From NCBI GenBank assembly GCA_902784345.1, contig CACZUD010000002.1, forward strand, positions 4,912 through 68,911: a DNA stretch of 64,000 bases, in the 5' to 3' direction. The position numbers and the translations under genes are program-made. Positions 36,494 through 46,396 of the stretch are shown here, piece by piece. The stretch's first letter is position 1; the number at the start of each line of letters is the position of its first letter. The stretch comes from an uncultured Pseudomonadota bacterium (GTDB lineage: Bacteria > Pseudomonadota > Alphaproteobacteria > Rs-D84). Under the pieces are notes generated by a model that made no database searches, had not been told where the DNA came from, and worked only from the letters and a program-made list of their open reading frames with translations.

Positions 36494-38091
36494 TAGTTAA
36501 GTGGGGCGCCCCAATGCTGTTGTATACTACGTTCTGCATCCATCGGGCTTACCAAAACTTGTGGTGTCAAGATAACAACCAACACTTCACGAGAAGCCTG
36601 GGTATCACGCGAACCAGATAACGCCATAAAGTCTGCATCACCTAAACCGTATCTTGTATCGTTATTCTTTTGTTTTTCAAATCCTGATACAACCAACATT
36701 TGTCCAGATTCCATGATTACTTCCTGCATAAAGGAACGTTCTTCTACTTCTGGTAATTGCAATGTAACCGCACCGATTGTCTGGGTTGACATTTTCAACA
36801 ATTCACGAACAGACATTTTGAACAACAACAAAATCTTTCCGTTTTCCAAAACGTTTGGCAATAATTGCATAGAAAAACCTGTTTCCAAATCGTCTTGGTC
36901 AACAGTACTTGATTCAACAGTTGTAAATGTACGCGATTCGAAACGTTTGATATAACCCGTAGATTTTGTATTGGTCACAGGCGCAACACGATTATTACGT
37001 GTAGTAACACCAACATTTGTCACCAAAGACACTTTACCCTGCTTTGCCAACGCTTCAATCAAAGCATTGGATCCTGCCATACGCGCCATAGAGCCATTCT
37101 TTATTTGATCTTCTGTATATGTTGCCGCAATCCCTGTTGCAGATTGTGCAACAGAATTAGACAAAACCGCAACATTCATAGAAGACAGTTCTGTTGACAC
37201 TAAATTATTCTTTGGATTAGCAACAATATTCAATCCAGATGCAGAATTAATAGCCGCAGCCAAATTCAAACCAAATGCCGATTGGTTTGACAAAGAAACT
37301 TGCAACACTTTTACATCAATCGTTACTAATTGAGACAAACGTTTATTTTGTTTTGCAATATATTCACCAACGCGATTCAATACAGACGGCGACGCGGTCA
37401 CAGTGATAGTTCCCAAACTGCGTGAAACTGTGAATTGTGCATTTTTGGAATTATTAATAATAGAATTTATTGTCGATTCTACTTCATCCCATTCCTTCAG
37501 GGTTGATTCCAAAGACACCTGATTTCCAGAATCTGTTTGAACAGAAGATTGGTATGAAACGTCTGTTCCTAATGCATATAATGTATATGTACGCGTTTCT
37601 GTTTCATAGAACACAATTGAATTCTTGTCATAATACCAAAGCAAATCTAAATCCGTAGCGATTTGCGAAAGCAAGCCAGACAATTTCCCAGTATAAGCTA
37701 TATCAACTGTCTTTCTTAATTTTTCAGCATCGACCTGACTATCTATTTTTACAGGTATACCCGTAATAGAATTAATGTCATTCGCCAAAACTTGTAATGT
37801 AACGGGGTCGTTCAATAAAATAGTTACACCTGTATCCGTTTCATATTTGGCAGGCAAATTATTTTTGTGTTCTAACAAAGTTGATTTATTCCCCAGCCAA
37901 ACCCCTTCAGACATAGAAACAGTATCACTGCTGGTTACTTTGGCACGCGGATTTTTTGCCATTTCGAACGCTTCATACGCGTTAACAAAATTTTGATCCA
38001 CGGTCGCAGAAACTTTTGCAGATTCTTTTAACGTGCACCCCGTCAACGCTGCGAACAAAACAATTAAACAGATATTAAAACGCATTTTCAT
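36493..38091 (-). CDS. pilN: PilN-type (type IVb pilus) secretin lipoprotein
   Basis: Lipobox LTGC. N-terminal block LQVLANDINSITGIPVKID. C-terminal secretin-like region ending REVLVVILTPQVL. The architecture matches PilN/TcpC/BfpB-type lipoprotein secretins. Confidence 0.7.
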   Translation of the reverse strand: MKMRFNICLIVLFAALTGCTLKESAKVSATVDQNFVNAYEAFEMAKNPRAKVTSSDTVSMSEGVWLGNKSTLLEHKNNLPAKYETDTGVTILLNDPVTLQVLANDINSITGIPVKIDSQVDAEKLRKTVDIAYTGKLSGLLSQIATDLDLLWYYDKNSIVFYETETRTYTLYALGTDVSYQSSVQTDSGNQVSLESTLKEWDEVESTINSIINNSKNAQFTVSRSLGTITVTASPSVLNRVGEYIAKQNKRLSQLVTIDVKVLQVSLSNQSAFGLNLAAAINSASGLNIVANPKNNLVSTELSSMNVAVLSNSVAQSATGIAATYTEDQIKNGSMARMAGSNALIEALAKQGKVSLVTNVGVTTRNNRVAPVTNTKSTGYIKRFESRTFTTVESSTVDQDDLETGFSMQLLPNVLENGKILLLFKMSVRELLKMSTQTIGAVTLQLPEVEERSFMQEVIMESGQMLVVSGFEKQKNNDTRYGLGDADFMALSGSRDTQASREVLVVILTPQVLVSPMDAERSIQQHWGAPLN

Positions 38092-38115
38092 ATTTGTCTC
38101 CCGTCCTTTTCAGGA

Positions 38116-38997
38116 TTATTCTTCCGTGGTTGAAACAACAATTACACGATTTCCTTTGTAAAATTTAGCATAAGGAATTGGTGTAGCACGTTCAAAATTC
38201 CGAATCAGTGCCGAAGCCACATCAACAAAGCGTCCTTTGAATACCGCACTTGCTTCAATTGGATATTCACGCGAAGTTGTCCAAACCAAATCCCAGCCTT
38301 CTTTATCACACCAAGATTGCAAAACTTGACGCAAAGTTTGCCCGTTTGTAACAACCCAAGAACGAACTTGATCTTGAACAGGATTTGATGTTTCTTCATC
38401 AAAATATTCGTTCACAGAAACCTCTGCATCAGATTCTGGCGTTTTATTACAACTTGTTTCTGCCGCAAATCCAGCACGTTGAGCAAATTCAACATAAGAA
38501 TCAGGTGTTTTATTACAGTTTTTACGCGGACTGCGTGACATAGACAAAACTGTGCCACCATCGTCTTCCATCATTTCACGACGCATTAACGGCATTTCTG
38601 CATTATTCGCACATTCGTAATCAAAGCCCGCTGGTATTTGCATACCGTTTGAAATATTTGGACCACCAGTCCATCCTGTACCGTTTGTTACGATATTGTT
38701 TTCGATAACAAGCCCAGATCCAATTTTGGAAACAATTTTTGCTTCGTTACCAGAACACCCAGTATCAGCACAAGCGATTTCAACGTCCGCCTCTGACCCA
38801 GCAAGAGGCCACACAGGAACACCTTCTGTCTGAACAAGCATCGGTTCAAAATCGACATACTCTTTTTCAGCGACATATTCTTCCCGACCGGAATCATAAA
38901 ACACCTCAGAAGTTACGACCTGAGGAAGTCCATCAGCAAAAGCAGCGACACTTACCATGCCTGCAAAAACCATAAAAGCACAAGATTTGTGGAACAT
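38116..38997 (-). CDS. TcpQ/PilL-like periplasmic protein
   Basis: Signal peptide. C-terminal block GQTLRQVLQSWCDKEGWDLVWTTSREYPIEASAVFKGRFVDVASALIRNF matches the TcpQ-domain pattern seen in PilL/TcpQ. It lies directly upstream of the secretin gene. Confidence 0.6.
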   Translation of the reverse strand: MFHKSCAFMVFAGMVSVAAFADGLPQVVTSEVFYDSGREEYVAEKEYVDFEPMLVQTEGVPVWPLAGSEADVEIACADTGCSGNEAKIVSKIGSGLVIENNIVTNGTGWTGGPNISNGMQIPAGFDYECANNAEMPLMRREMMEDDGGTVLSMSRSPRKNCNKTPDSYVEFAQRAGFAAETSCNKTPESDAEVSVNEYFDEETSNPVQDQVRSWVVTNGQTLRQVLQSWCDKEGWDLVWTTSREYPIEASAVFKGRFVDVASALIRNFERATPIPYAKFYKGNRVIVVSTTEE

Positions 38998-39163
38998 TTC
39001 TTTCCTTCCTTTGATTATTATATATGATTATATCAATTTGACCGAATCTGTGCAAGACCTAAAAACACAAAAAGCACAAAAAAATATCTGATATAAAAAA
39101 TCGCACGAATCGATAAAACATGTTATACTTAGTGGCGACGAAACTTAAAAATCGGGGTAACAC

Positions 39164-39706
39164 ATGACTAACACAGCAATACTTATTTTGGTTATAATTT
39201 GTACTTTGGCATCTTTGTGCTCTGTTTTGTTTATAATTGGCATAAACAAAAACATAAAACAAATCAACAAAACCCTGACATATCAGTACAATCTTATGGT
39301 AAAAATACAGAATATCCTGAAAAACAAATTTTCCGTTGGCGAAACCGCAGACAAAGCCGAAATAATTTATCAAGATTTATTACAAGACCTGATTCCAATC
39401 ATGGCGGCCATAGACATAATGCCACGAACAACTTCTGAACATCCACTTTGGCGTGCGCTTGGCGGAATAATGGACGAATACGCAAAAAATCCTTTCGTTT
39501 TGGAAAAATTGCGCCGTGCAATAAAACTTGATTCAAATATCGCACACAATGTGGGCCATTATCTTAATCGGGCAAATATGTTTTTACAACACATGGCAAC
39601 AACAGATACAGACGGCATTTTATCAACCACATTTACAGATGGCTTGCTTGGGCAATCATTGACGTTTTTTGCACAAGCACAAGCGCTAGCAAATACAAAT
39701 AAATGA
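39164..39706 (+). CDS. Hypothetical membrane-anchored helical protein, coupled to sufB
   Basis: 180 aa with one N-terminal TM helix. Its stop overlaps the sufB ATG (ATGA). No recognisable family. Confidence 0.5.
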   Translation: MTNTAILILVIICTLASLCSVLFIIGINKNIKQINKTLTYQYNLMVKIQNILKNKFSVGETADKAEIIYQDLLQDLIPIMAAIDIMPRTTSEHPLWRALGGIMDEYAKNPFVLEKLRRAIKLDSNIAHNVGHYLNRANMFLQHMATTDTDGILSTTFTDGLLGQSLTFFAQAQALANTNK

Positions 39707-41043
39707 AAGTATTAAACAAAAAACTTATAGAAAACATTTCCAAACTGCGTAATGAACCAGATTGGCTGCTTCAGTGGCGCCTTAGTGCTTTTGAAAAATG
39801 GAAAAAAATGAGTGAACCACATTGGGCAGAAATCGATTACGAACCGATAGATTATGATTCTTTGAATTATTACAACAAAGCACAAAAAATAGATAATTCT
39901 GAATTAAAGGGAACATACGAAAAAATGGGATTACCTGAATCTGAACAACGTGCCTTGCTTGGCATGGCGACAGATACGGTTATAGACAGCCAATCCGTGC
40001 ATACTTCGTACACAAAAGAATTGGAAAAACTTGGCATAATATTTTTACCCTTTTCCGAAGCTGTTATTAAATGTCCTGATTTGGTCAAAAAATATTTAGG
40101 GACAGTTGTACCAAATGACGACAATTTCTTTGCCGCACTTAATGCTGCGGTGTTTTCAGATGGAACCTTTGTATATATTCCAAAAGACACAAAATGCCCG
40201 ATTGATTTGGCCAGTTATTTCAGAATTGAAACAGCAAAAATCGGTCAGTTTGAACGCACTTTGATTATTGCAGAAAGTGGCAGCAGCCTTTCTTATATGG
40301 AAGGATGTAGCGCCCCACGTCGTCCAAATCATCAATTACACAGCGGCGTTGTTGAAATCATTGTTCATGATAATGCACACGTAAAATATTCAACTGTGCA
40401 AAACTGGTATGCGGGAGATTCTGCCGTATACAGCAAATCCAAACAAAACAAAAATGGCATTTTAAACTTTGTTACAAAACGTGGAAAATGTTTCAAAAAC
40501 GCAGCGCTTGATTGGACACAGATTGAAATTGGTTCTGCGATGACATGGAAATATCCGTCCAGTATTTTACAAGGCGATGGTTCACACAGTGATTTTTATT
40601 CACTTTCCATTACGCGCGGAACACAACAAGCAGATACCGGAACAAAAATGATTCATATCGGAAACAAAACCAAATCAAACATTGTCTCTTACGGCATCGC
40701 CGCGGGTAAATCGCGACAAACATTTCGCAGTTTGGTTTCTTTTTCCGGAATTGATGGTAAAAACGCCTGCAAATGCGACACGCGAATTCTTGGGAATGAT
40801 GCGACAGCAAACACTATTCCAACCGTTATTCACTCTAATGCAAAAAACCAACAATCGCACGAAGCGACAACCGGCGCAATAGATAAAAATGCCCTGCTTT
40901 TCCTTATGCAAAATGGAATAGACGAAGACGAAGCAATCGCTTTGATTGTTGGCGCAAACGCATCACCAATAATATCCAGACTGCCAATGGAATTTTTGGT
41001 AGAATCGAAACAATTAATACAAATGGCTTTAAAGAAAGAATAA
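39703..41043 (+). CDS. sufB: Fe-S cluster assembly scaffold SufB
   Basis: SufB/D beta-helix blocks: FERTLIIAESGSSLSYMEGCSAP and HEATTGAIDKNALLFLMQNGIDEDEA. Confidence 0.88.
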   Translation: MKVLNKKLIENISKLRNEPDWLLQWRLSAFEKWKKMSEPHWAEIDYEPIDYDSLNYYNKAQKIDNSELKGTYEKMGLPESEQRALLGMATDTVIDSQSVHTSYTKELEKLGIIFLPFSEAVIKCPDLVKKYLGTVVPNDDNFFAALNAAVFSDGTFVYIPKDTKCPIDLASYFRIETAKIGQFERTLIIAESGSSLSYMEGCSAPRRPNHQLHSGVVEIIVHDNAHVKYSTVQNWYAGDSAVYSKSKQNKNGILNFVTKRGKCFKNAALDWTQIEIGSAMTWKYPSSILQGDGSHSDFYSLSITRGTQQADTGTKMIHIGNKTKSNIVSYGIAAGKSRQTFRSLVSFSGIDGKNACKCDTRILGNDATANTIPTVIHSNAKNQQSHEATTGAIDKNALLFLMQNGIDEDEAIALIVGANASPIISRLPMEFLVESKQLIQMALKKE

Positions 41044-41047
41044 AAAC

Positions 41048-41725
41048 ATGCTAGAAATAAAAAATCTTTATGTAGATATAGATGAAAAACCATTATTAAA
41101 AAACATTAACTTGGTTGTTAAAGACGGCGCACGCCACCGTATAGCAGGACACAATGGTTCTGGTAAATCAACACTGGTTAATACAATCGCCGGCGATTCA
41201 TCCTATACAATTAAATCTGGTAAAATTATTTTTGACGGCAAAGATATAACAAAAGAAAATGCGACAACACGCGCATTGATGGGGATTTTCTTGGGCGCGC
41301 AAAATGTTCCTGAAATCCCGGGATTGACGGTGTTAAGTTTTCTTAAACATTCTATGGCTGCACATACACACTTTAACACAGGCAAAGATTTATCCATGGG
41401 GGAATTTCTGGAAAAATTGGAATCTGCACGCGAACAGTTAAACATACCAAAAGAATGGCTTAATCGATCTGTAAACGTTGGTTTTTCTGGCGGAGAACGC
41501 AAACGCATAATGTTATTAAGATTAATTTTAACAAATCCAAAGTTGGCAATTTTAGACGAACCAGATTCTGGCGCAGACATCGACACCAAAAAACAAATTA
41601 TTGACACAATTAACAAAATGCCAAAAACCACGTTTTTATTTATTTCACACCAAGATGATTTTTCTTCCAAGATAAAAATAAATGAAACAACTACTTTGGA
41701 TAATGGCGAAATTGTGATAAAATAA
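41048..41725 (+). CDS. sufC: Fe-S cluster assembly ATPase SufC
   Basis: Walker A GHNGSGKST, RSVNVGFSGGERKR, Walker B ILDEPDSGADID. It lies directly after sufB. Confidence 0.85.
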   Translation: MLEIKNLYVDIDEKPLLKNINLVVKDGARHRIAGHNGSGKSTLVNTIAGDSSYTIKSGKIIFDGKDITKENATTRALMGIFLGAQNVPEIPGLTVLSFLKHSMAAHTHFNTGKDLSMGEFLEKLESAREQLNIPKEWLNRSVNVGFSGGERKRIMLLRLILTNPKLAILDEPDSGADIDTKKQIIDTINKMPKTTFLFISHQDDFSSKIKINETTTLDNGEIVIK

Positions 41726-41748
41726 TACAAGACAAAAAAGGATAAAAA

Positions 41749-42579
41749 ATGAAAAATATTTCACAATTAAAACAATGGCTTTTTAACAAACCTGCTGTAT
41801 TTTCAATTATGTTTTTTGGTTTAATAACAGTTCTGGCGTTGGCTTATTCTGTTATTCAAACACTTTTCCATTTTGAAGCATTTACCCCATTATATTTCAT
41901 TTTCGCTATATCTTTTCTGTATTCTGTATATTACATGATAAAAAAATTACCTCATGATAAACTGTATCAGTCTGACTTTATCGCGATAACAAATGGTGCA
42001 TCTATCATTTCGATTGTGTCTTCGATAATTGCAATATCTGCTTTTGGATTATACGGCCCCCTATTTCAAAGAAAAATGATGATGTTATATTTATTACATC
42101 CTGTCATATTCGGAATAGTATTTTTATCCGTTACTTTGGTTTCTTTATACGTCTTGGGTGTAGCGATATCCGGCGTATACGCAAAGTATAAACGCGCAAC
42201 AACAATTGGGCTTACACCATGGAAAGTTATTTTATCCATGCCGTTTGCTTTCTTGCTTTTGTGGACACCAGGATACTTAGTCGAAGAAAAAACAAGAAAA
42301 TCAAATTTGGTTATAAAAGCAAAATGGTACACACGTTTTAATAACTGGGTTGTGTCAAATTTCTCGAACATATTATTTATTTTCTTGTTCTTTGTTTTCG
42401 CAAAAGCAGTTATTGCGGGTTTACCAACGATGATTTACACCTGTGCATTGTTAATAATTTATGCGATATGGTATACGAAACATAAATCTGATTTTATCAA
42501 AAACATAAATAACGGATATGCTTTAACATGTATCGGTATTAATTTGGCAATGCTGTTGTCTGTTATTTTGTTAATATAA
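41749..42579 (+). CDS. Polytopic membrane protein, unknown function
   Basis: 276 aa with about 7 hydrophobic segments. No recognisable motif. Confidence 0.5.
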   Translation: MKNISQLKQWLFNKPAVFSIMFFGLITVLALAYSVIQTLFHFEAFTPLYFIFAISFLYSVYYMIKKLPHDKLYQSDFIAITNGASIISIVSSIIAISAFGLYGPLFQRKMMMLYLLHPVIFGIVFLSVTLVSLYVLGVAISGVYAKYKRATTIGLTPWKVILSMPFAFLLLWTPGYLVEEKTRKSNLVIKAKWYTRFNNWVVSNFSNILFIFLFFVFAKAVIAGLPTMIYTCALLIIYAIWYTKHKSDFIKNINNGYALTCIGINLAMLLSVILLI

Positions 42580-42589
42580 GGAATAACAT

Positions 42590-43636
42590 ATGCATAATAT
42601 CGTATTTTTTATCGGGTTAATATTTATATTGTGGATTGGGCGTTCAATATTTATTCCACTGTTGTTCGCGACATTTTTATGGTATTTATTGAACGCTATT
42701 TCTGCATACTACAGACGTATTATGCCATGTTATAAATCAGAATACTGCACAATCACTTTAAGGAAATTCTATAATTTTCTGTCAATTATTTTATCATTTG
42801 CGACAGTTGGGGGAATCATATATTTATTCGCAACACAAATAAGACCAATGTTGTCAGAATTGTATAATGCAACCCCTCTCCTGCAACAAAAATTATTAGT
42901 ATTTTCAGAATACATTTCTAAAAAAGCAGGTATTGATATTGATATCAATTTAATGCCAAACCTGCCAGAAATCGCCGGATACGTTGGTTCGTCGTTGGCA
43001 AGTTTAGCGACTTCTACAGGTATGGTTTTGATATACCTTGTATTTATGTTTGTTGAACAAAGTTCTTTCAACAAAAAAATAGACGCTATGCCGATATCAA
43101 AACTTAAATCTAAAAAATTGCGCTATATCTTGAACAGTATTGACGAAAATATGAAGAAATATTTGTTTACTAAAACATTTATTTCTGGCGCAACCGGTAT
43201 ATGCGCATACATACTATTACACTTTATAGGACTCGAATACGCATCTGTTTGGGCGTTTATAATATTCATATTGAATTACATCCCAACGATTGGTTCAATA
43301 CTTGCATGCGCGTTGCCTATTGCTTATGCATTGATAAGTGGCGATACTTGGCACCTGCCGATATTCACTGCAATTTCTTTGATTGCAATTGAAGTTGTCT
43401 TTGGAAACATACTGGATCCAAAACTGACCGGAAAAACATTAAATATATCCACACTGGCAATATTGATAAACTTGGTCTTTTGGGGAATGATTTGGGGACC
43501 GGCAGGAATGTTCTTCAGTGTTCCAATCTTGGTGGCTTTGTATATTACAACCGCACAATTCACGTCGACCCGTTGGATTGCAACATTGCTGTCAGTTGAC
43601 GGAAAGATTCCAGATGAAACCCAAAGCGAAGATTAA
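42590..43636 (+). CDS. AI-2E family transporter (PerM/YhhT-like)
   Basis: Eight-TM pattern with NYIPTIGSILA and FFSVPIL blocks typical of the AI-2E/UPF0118 family. Confidence 0.7.
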   Translation: MHNIVFFIGLIFILWIGRSIFIPLLFATFLWYLLNAISAYYRRIMPCYKSEYCTITLRKFYNFLSIILSFATVGGIIYLFATQIRPMLSELYNATPLLQQKLLVFSEYISKKAGIDIDINLMPNLPEIAGYVGSSLASLATSTGMVLIYLVFMFVEQSSFNKKIDAMPISKLKSKKLRYILNSIDENMKKYLFTKTFISGATGICAYILLHFIGLEYASVWAFIIFILNYIPTIGSILACALPIAYALISGDTWHLPIFTAISLIAIEVVFGNILDPKLTGKTLNISTLAILINLVFWGMIWGPAGMFFSVPILVALYITTAQFTSTRWIATLLSVDGKIPDETQSED

Positions 43637-44079
43637 ATTCGCTTTAACACCGCGATTGCGTTTTCAAGAATCACTTTTGCAGACACAGAATCCAGTTCTT
43701 GTTTAATCTTGGAAAGGCTTTTACGCCCTATTTCTTCTTGGGCGGCAGCACTGGTCAGGTTTTCTTCAACAAAAATAATTGGTAAATCCGTGTTTTTAGA
43801 TAAAGAATTCGCAAATTCACGAACCCTCTTTGTAGTGTCTGATTCAGAACCATCCGAAAATAGCGGCAAACCGATAACAATTCCGACAATTTTTTCTTCG
43901 CTGACAAGCCCTAAAACACTTTGAACCAGTTCATCTTGTGATTTGATATAAAGTTGTGGGCGCGTAAAGGTAAATTCACGACTTTCATCTGATATGGCAA
44001 CACCGCACCTGCGCAATCCCCAATCAAGCGAAATTATGCGCCCCATGCGCGGAAAATCCTTGTAATCAGATAAAATCAT
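43633..44079 (-). CDS. ruvX: Holliday-junction-resolvase-like pre-16S rRNA nuclease YqgF/RuvX
   Basis: RIISLDWGLRRCGVAISD and VIGLPL blocks; 148 aa. Confidence 0.85.
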   Translation of the reverse strand: MILSDYKDFPRMGRIISLDWGLRRCGVAISDESREFTFTRPQLYIKSQDELVQSVLGLVSEEKIVGIVIGLPLFSDGSESDTTKRVREFANSLSKNTDLPIIFVEENLTSAAAQEEIGRKSLSKIKQELDSVSAKVILENAIAVLKRI

Positions 44080-44116
44080 TGTATAATCCTCTATGGTTTA
44101 AATAATAGGATTCAAA

Positions 44117-44410
44117 ATGGCATTTAGCAAGCAACAATTACATAAATTTGCTAATTTAATCAGAATAGATGTATCTGACGAAAAATTAGAAAAAATGAAC
44201 ATAGACGGCGTTATTGAATGGTTGGACAAATTGCAAAAGATTGATACAACCGGTGTAAAGCCTATGATAAGTCCGGCTGAACATTCCCTGCCACTGCGCG
44301 AAGACATTGTAACAGAACCAAATATGCGCGATAAAATATTGGCTAATGATCCAGACACCACAGGTGTATCACGCGGATATTTTGCCGTACCAAAAGTCAT
44401 GGATGAATAA
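44117..44410 (+). CDS. gatC: Glu/Asp-tRNA amidotransferase subunit C
   Basis: 97 aa; LANLIRIDVSDEKLEKM and REDIV patterns. It lies upstream of gatA. Confidence 0.85.
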   Translation: MAFSKQQLHKFANLIRIDVSDEKLEKMNIDGVIEWLDKLQKIDTTGVKPMISPAEHSLPLREDIVTEPNMRDKILANDPDTTGVSRGYFAVPKVMDE

Positions 44411-44424
44411 AGAGCAAACATAAA

Positions 44425-44838
44425 ATGCCACACGCGAAAAAAACATATAATGTATTTATAAGGAACATTTCTCCTGCATGGAGTTATTGCGACACAGACT
44501 TTTTGCAGATAATTTGTGAACCAATGACAAAAAAAGAAACCGACAAAATTTTTCAAAAGGCCGCTCATTATCGACAAATTCCTGAAAAATCTTGTGTTTA
44601 TGGTATGAGTTTGTTTTTTAATGACAAACTTACAAAAAGTTTTTCTGTTGGTCAAAAAAACAAGATTGACGAAAACAGTTCTGCCGGACTAGATATTCAT
44701 ATTCAAATGAAGAATTGCTATAAATGTTCCCGCGAAAATTGCTTTCATAATGTACGCGATGGGAAATGTACAGATGAATTTGTAATTGATTTGATTGGCA
44801 CAACCTTATTCAAAGACAAGTATCAAAAACAAAAATAG
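44425..44838 (+). CDS. Hypothetical Cys-cluster protein inserted between gatC and gatA
   Basis: 137-aa ORF that fills the gatC-gatA gap exactly. Contains CYKCSRENCFHNVRDGKC (C-x2-C-x4-C-x8-C). No recognisable family. Confidence 0.45.
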   Translation: MPHAKKTYNVFIRNISPAWSYCDTDFLQIICEPMTKKETDKIFQKAAHYRQIPEKSCVYGMSLFFNDKLTKSFSVGQKNKIDENSSAGLDIHIQMKNCYKCSRENCFHNVRDGKCTDEFVIDLIGTTLFKDKYQKQK

Positions 44839-44846
44839 GAAACAAA

Positions 44847-46316
44847 ATGATAGATTTAACAATTAGACAGGCATTGCAGAAATTAAAATCACGCGAAATC
44901 AGCGCGACTGAATTAACAAAATGCTATTTGGAAAGAATTGAAAAATATGGTAAAGATTTGAATTGCTATATCACATTCACACCAGAACGCGCATTGAAAG
45001 ACGCTGCTGCATCTGATGAACGTTATGCAAACGGAAATGCACTTGCTTTGGACGGCATGCCAATCGCAATGAAAGATTTATTTGCAACACGTGGCATTCG
45101 TACAACCGCAGCGTCAAAGATGCTTGAAAATTTTGTTCCAGAATATGAATCAACAGTATCTCAAAAATTTATTGATGCCGGAACAGTATTACTGGGCAAA
45201 GCGAACCTTGATGAATTCGCGATGGGAACTTTTTCCAAGACTTCATATTTTGGTGCACCTGTAAACCCATGGCAAATGGAAAAAAGATTGACAGCCGGTG
45301 GTTCATCTGGTGGTTCAACCAGCAGTGTTGCCGGCGGGCTTGCGATTGCGGCAACCGGAACAGATACTGGCGGTTCAATTCGTTTCCCTTCTGCGATGAC
45401 TGGATTGGTTGGTATAAAGCCAACTTATGGTTTATGTTCACGTTGGGGTTGTGTTGCGTTTGCATCAAGTTTGGACACCCCTGGTCCAATTGCACGTACG
45501 ACAGAAGATGTTGCGTTAATGTTATCTGCGATGGCTGGACATGATGAAAAAGATTCAACCAGTTCACCAAAAGCACATTTTGAAAGTGACGGCAATTTAC
45601 AACCAATTTTGGGCGATGGCAAGAAATTACGCGTTGGTATAATCAAAGAATTCAATAATGTTAAAATCTCTGATGATATGAAAACATTATTTGAAAAACG
45701 TATTGCAGATTTAAAATCTTTGGGTGGGGAAATTGTCGAAGTATCTATTCCAAATATCTTGGACGCTTTGGCGGCATACTATATAATCGCCCCGGCAGAA
45801 GCATCATCGAATCTGGCACGTTATGACGGCATGAGATATGGTCTGCGCGTCGAAGGCAGCGATTTAATTGATACATACAAAAAGACACGTGCAGCGGGCT
45901 TTGGCGAAGAAGTACAACGCCGTATGATTATCGGAACAGCGGTGTTATCATCTGAATCTTACGAAGTATATTATATGCAGGCGGCACGCGTTCGCAGAAT
46001 GATTGCAGACAGTTTTAATTCTGCATTTGAACAATGCGATTTAATTGTCTGTCCATCAAGCGCAGGTACGGCTATGCCACTTGATTCAGATTTGACACCA
46101 CTGGAATACTATGCACTTGATTTATTCACAGTTGCAATGAATTTGGCTGGAATTCCGGCGGCATCTGTACCATGCGGATTGGCACAAAATGGTTTGCCAC
46201 TTGGTATGCAAGTTGTCGGTCGCCGTTTCGATGATATGCGTGTATTGCAATTAGCAAAGCATATTGAAACCGCCGCAGCCATAGATAACCGTCCAACAAA
46301 AATAATGGGGAAATAA
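44847..46316 (+). CDS. gatA: Glu/Asp-tRNA amidotransferase subunit A
   Basis: Amidase signature GGSSGGSTSSVAGGLAIAATGTDTGGSIRFP. Confidence 0.95.
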   Translation: MIDLTIRQALQKLKSREISATELTKCYLERIEKYGKDLNCYITFTPERALKDAAASDERYANGNALALDGMPIAMKDLFATRGIRTTAASKMLENFVPEYESTVSQKFIDAGTVLLGKANLDEFAMGTFSKTSYFGAPVNPWQMEKRLTAGGSSGGSTSSVAGGLAIAATGTDTGGSIRFPSAMTGLVGIKPTYGLCSRWGCVAFASSLDTPGPIARTTEDVALMLSAMAGHDEKDSTSSPKAHFESDGNLQPILGDGKKLRVGIIKEFNNVKISDDMKTLFEKRIADLKSLGGEIVEVSIPNILDALAAYYIIAPAEASSNLARYDGMRYGLRVEGSDLIDTYKKTRAAGFGEEVQRRMIIGTAVLSSESYEVYYMQAARVRRMIADSFNSAFEQCDLIVCPSSAGTAMPLDSDLTPLEYYALDLFTVAMNLAGIPAASVPCGLAQNGLPLGMQVVGRRFDDMRVLQLAKHIETAAAIDNRPTKIMGK

Positions 46317-46320
46317 AAAA

Positions 46321-46396
46321 TGGTGGCCAGAAGAGGAATCGAACCTCTGACACAGGGATTTTCAGTCCCTTGCTCTACCAACTGAGCTATCTGGCC
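46321..46396 (-). tRNA. tRNA-Phe (anticodon GAA), CCA encoded
   Basis: Reverse complement: GGCCAGA-TA-GCTCAGTTGGTAGAGC-A-AGGGA-CTGAAAA-TCCCT-GTGTC-AGAGG-TTCGATT-CCTCT-TCTGGCC-ACCA. Confidence 0.92.

Noticed and set aside
44098-44655. 185-aa minus-strand ORF, and similar long antisense ORFs at 10503..10979, 26971..27471, 41203..41730 and 19552..19998.
   Set aside because: Each lies antisense to a confidently identified gene (gatC, the yqaA-like gene, uvrC, sufC, fba). They have odd compositions, and long shadow ORFs opposite real genes are a common artefact.
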